From a virus, in the UHGV virus genome UHGV-0257549: a stretch of DNA of 15,649 bases; one strand, given 5' to 3'. Positions 15,437 through 15,649 of the stretch are shown piece after piece. The notes under the pieces are model-generated. The model worked only from the letters and a program-made list of their open reading frames with translations. It was not told where the DNA came from and made no database searches. A program made the position numbers and the translations under genes. How positions within the stretch are numbered: position 1 is the stretch's first letter; every line of letters starts with the position of its first letter.

Positions 15437-15649
15437 CTATCTGCACTGCTCATTAATATACTTCTGGGTTCCTTCCAGTTGTTTTTGCATAGTGATCAGC
15501 CTCTCTCTGAGGGTGAAATAATCCCGTTCAGCGGTGTCTGCCAGTCGGGGGGAGGCTGCATTATCCACGCCGGAGGCGGTGGTGGCTTCACGCACTGACT
15601 GACAGACTGCTTTGATGTGCAACCGACGACGACCAGCGGCAACATCATC
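15437..15649 (-). CDS. Rz: Spanin inner-membrane subunit Rz, C-terminal part; the 5' end lies beyond the window end
   Basis: Minus-strand frame open to the window edge, ending ...HIKAVCQSVREATTASGVDNAASPRLADTAERDYFTLRERLITMQKQLEGTQKYINEQCR; matches the lambda Rz C-terminus from memory. Confidence 0.85.
   Translation of the reverse strand, partial: DDVAAGRRRLHIKAVCQSVREATTASGVDNAASPRLADTAERDYFTLRERLITMQKQLEGTQKYINEQCR
15495..15649 (-). CDS. Rz1: Spanin outer-membrane lipoprotein Rz1, embedded in the +1 frame of Rz; N-terminus truncated by the window edge
   Basis: Manual translation of the minus strand gives MMLPLVVVGCTSKQSVSQCVKPPPPPAWIMQPPPDWQTPLNGIISPSERG with stop at 15495-15497. Lipobox VVG-C and proline-rich stretch are typical of Rz1. 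Absent from the ORF track, probably on length. Confidence 0.8.

Noticed and set aside
15124-15598. ORFs 15124..15324 (-) and 15386..15598 (+)
   Set aside because: Antisense to bor and to Rz/Rz1 respectively. The Gly-rich translation of the plus ORF is the complement of the Pro-rich Rz1 region.
1-15649. CRISPR arrays, tRNA or rRNA genes, IS elements, integrase or att sites
   Set aside because: No regularly spaced direct repeats, no cloverleaf-like tRNA candidates, no transposase-like ORFs and no integrase were found. The window covers only the late morphogenesis region and right-end morons; int and att would lie outside it.

Overview
This window is the reverse complement of a bacteriophage lambda-type late region that runs across a joined cos site. 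Reading left to right, almost all genes are on the minus strand: tail genes L (partial), M, H, T/G, V, U, Z; head genes FII, FI, E, D, C/Nu3; one fused A-B reading frame (terminase large subunit joined to portal, with gene W absent); Nu1; then cosB/cosN. Beyond cos lies the AT-rich phage right-end accessory block: a small YlcI-like ORF (+), a lambdap79-like ORF (-), a lambdap78-like ORF (+), bor (+), and the 3' parts of Rz/Rz1 (-). Gene order, lengths, overlaps and protein sequences match lambda closely but not identically, judged from my memory of the lambda reference and not from any search. A joined cos in the interior means the source is a prophage, circular or concatemeric DNA, not linear virion DNA. 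The one clearly abnormal feature is an in-frame deletion of about 0.54 kb that removes the last codons of A, all of W and roughly the first 106 codons of B, giving a 1062-aa terminase-portal fusion ORF. Everything else looks like a canonical lambda morphogenesis region. I saw no tRNA, rRNA, CRISPR array or IS element.
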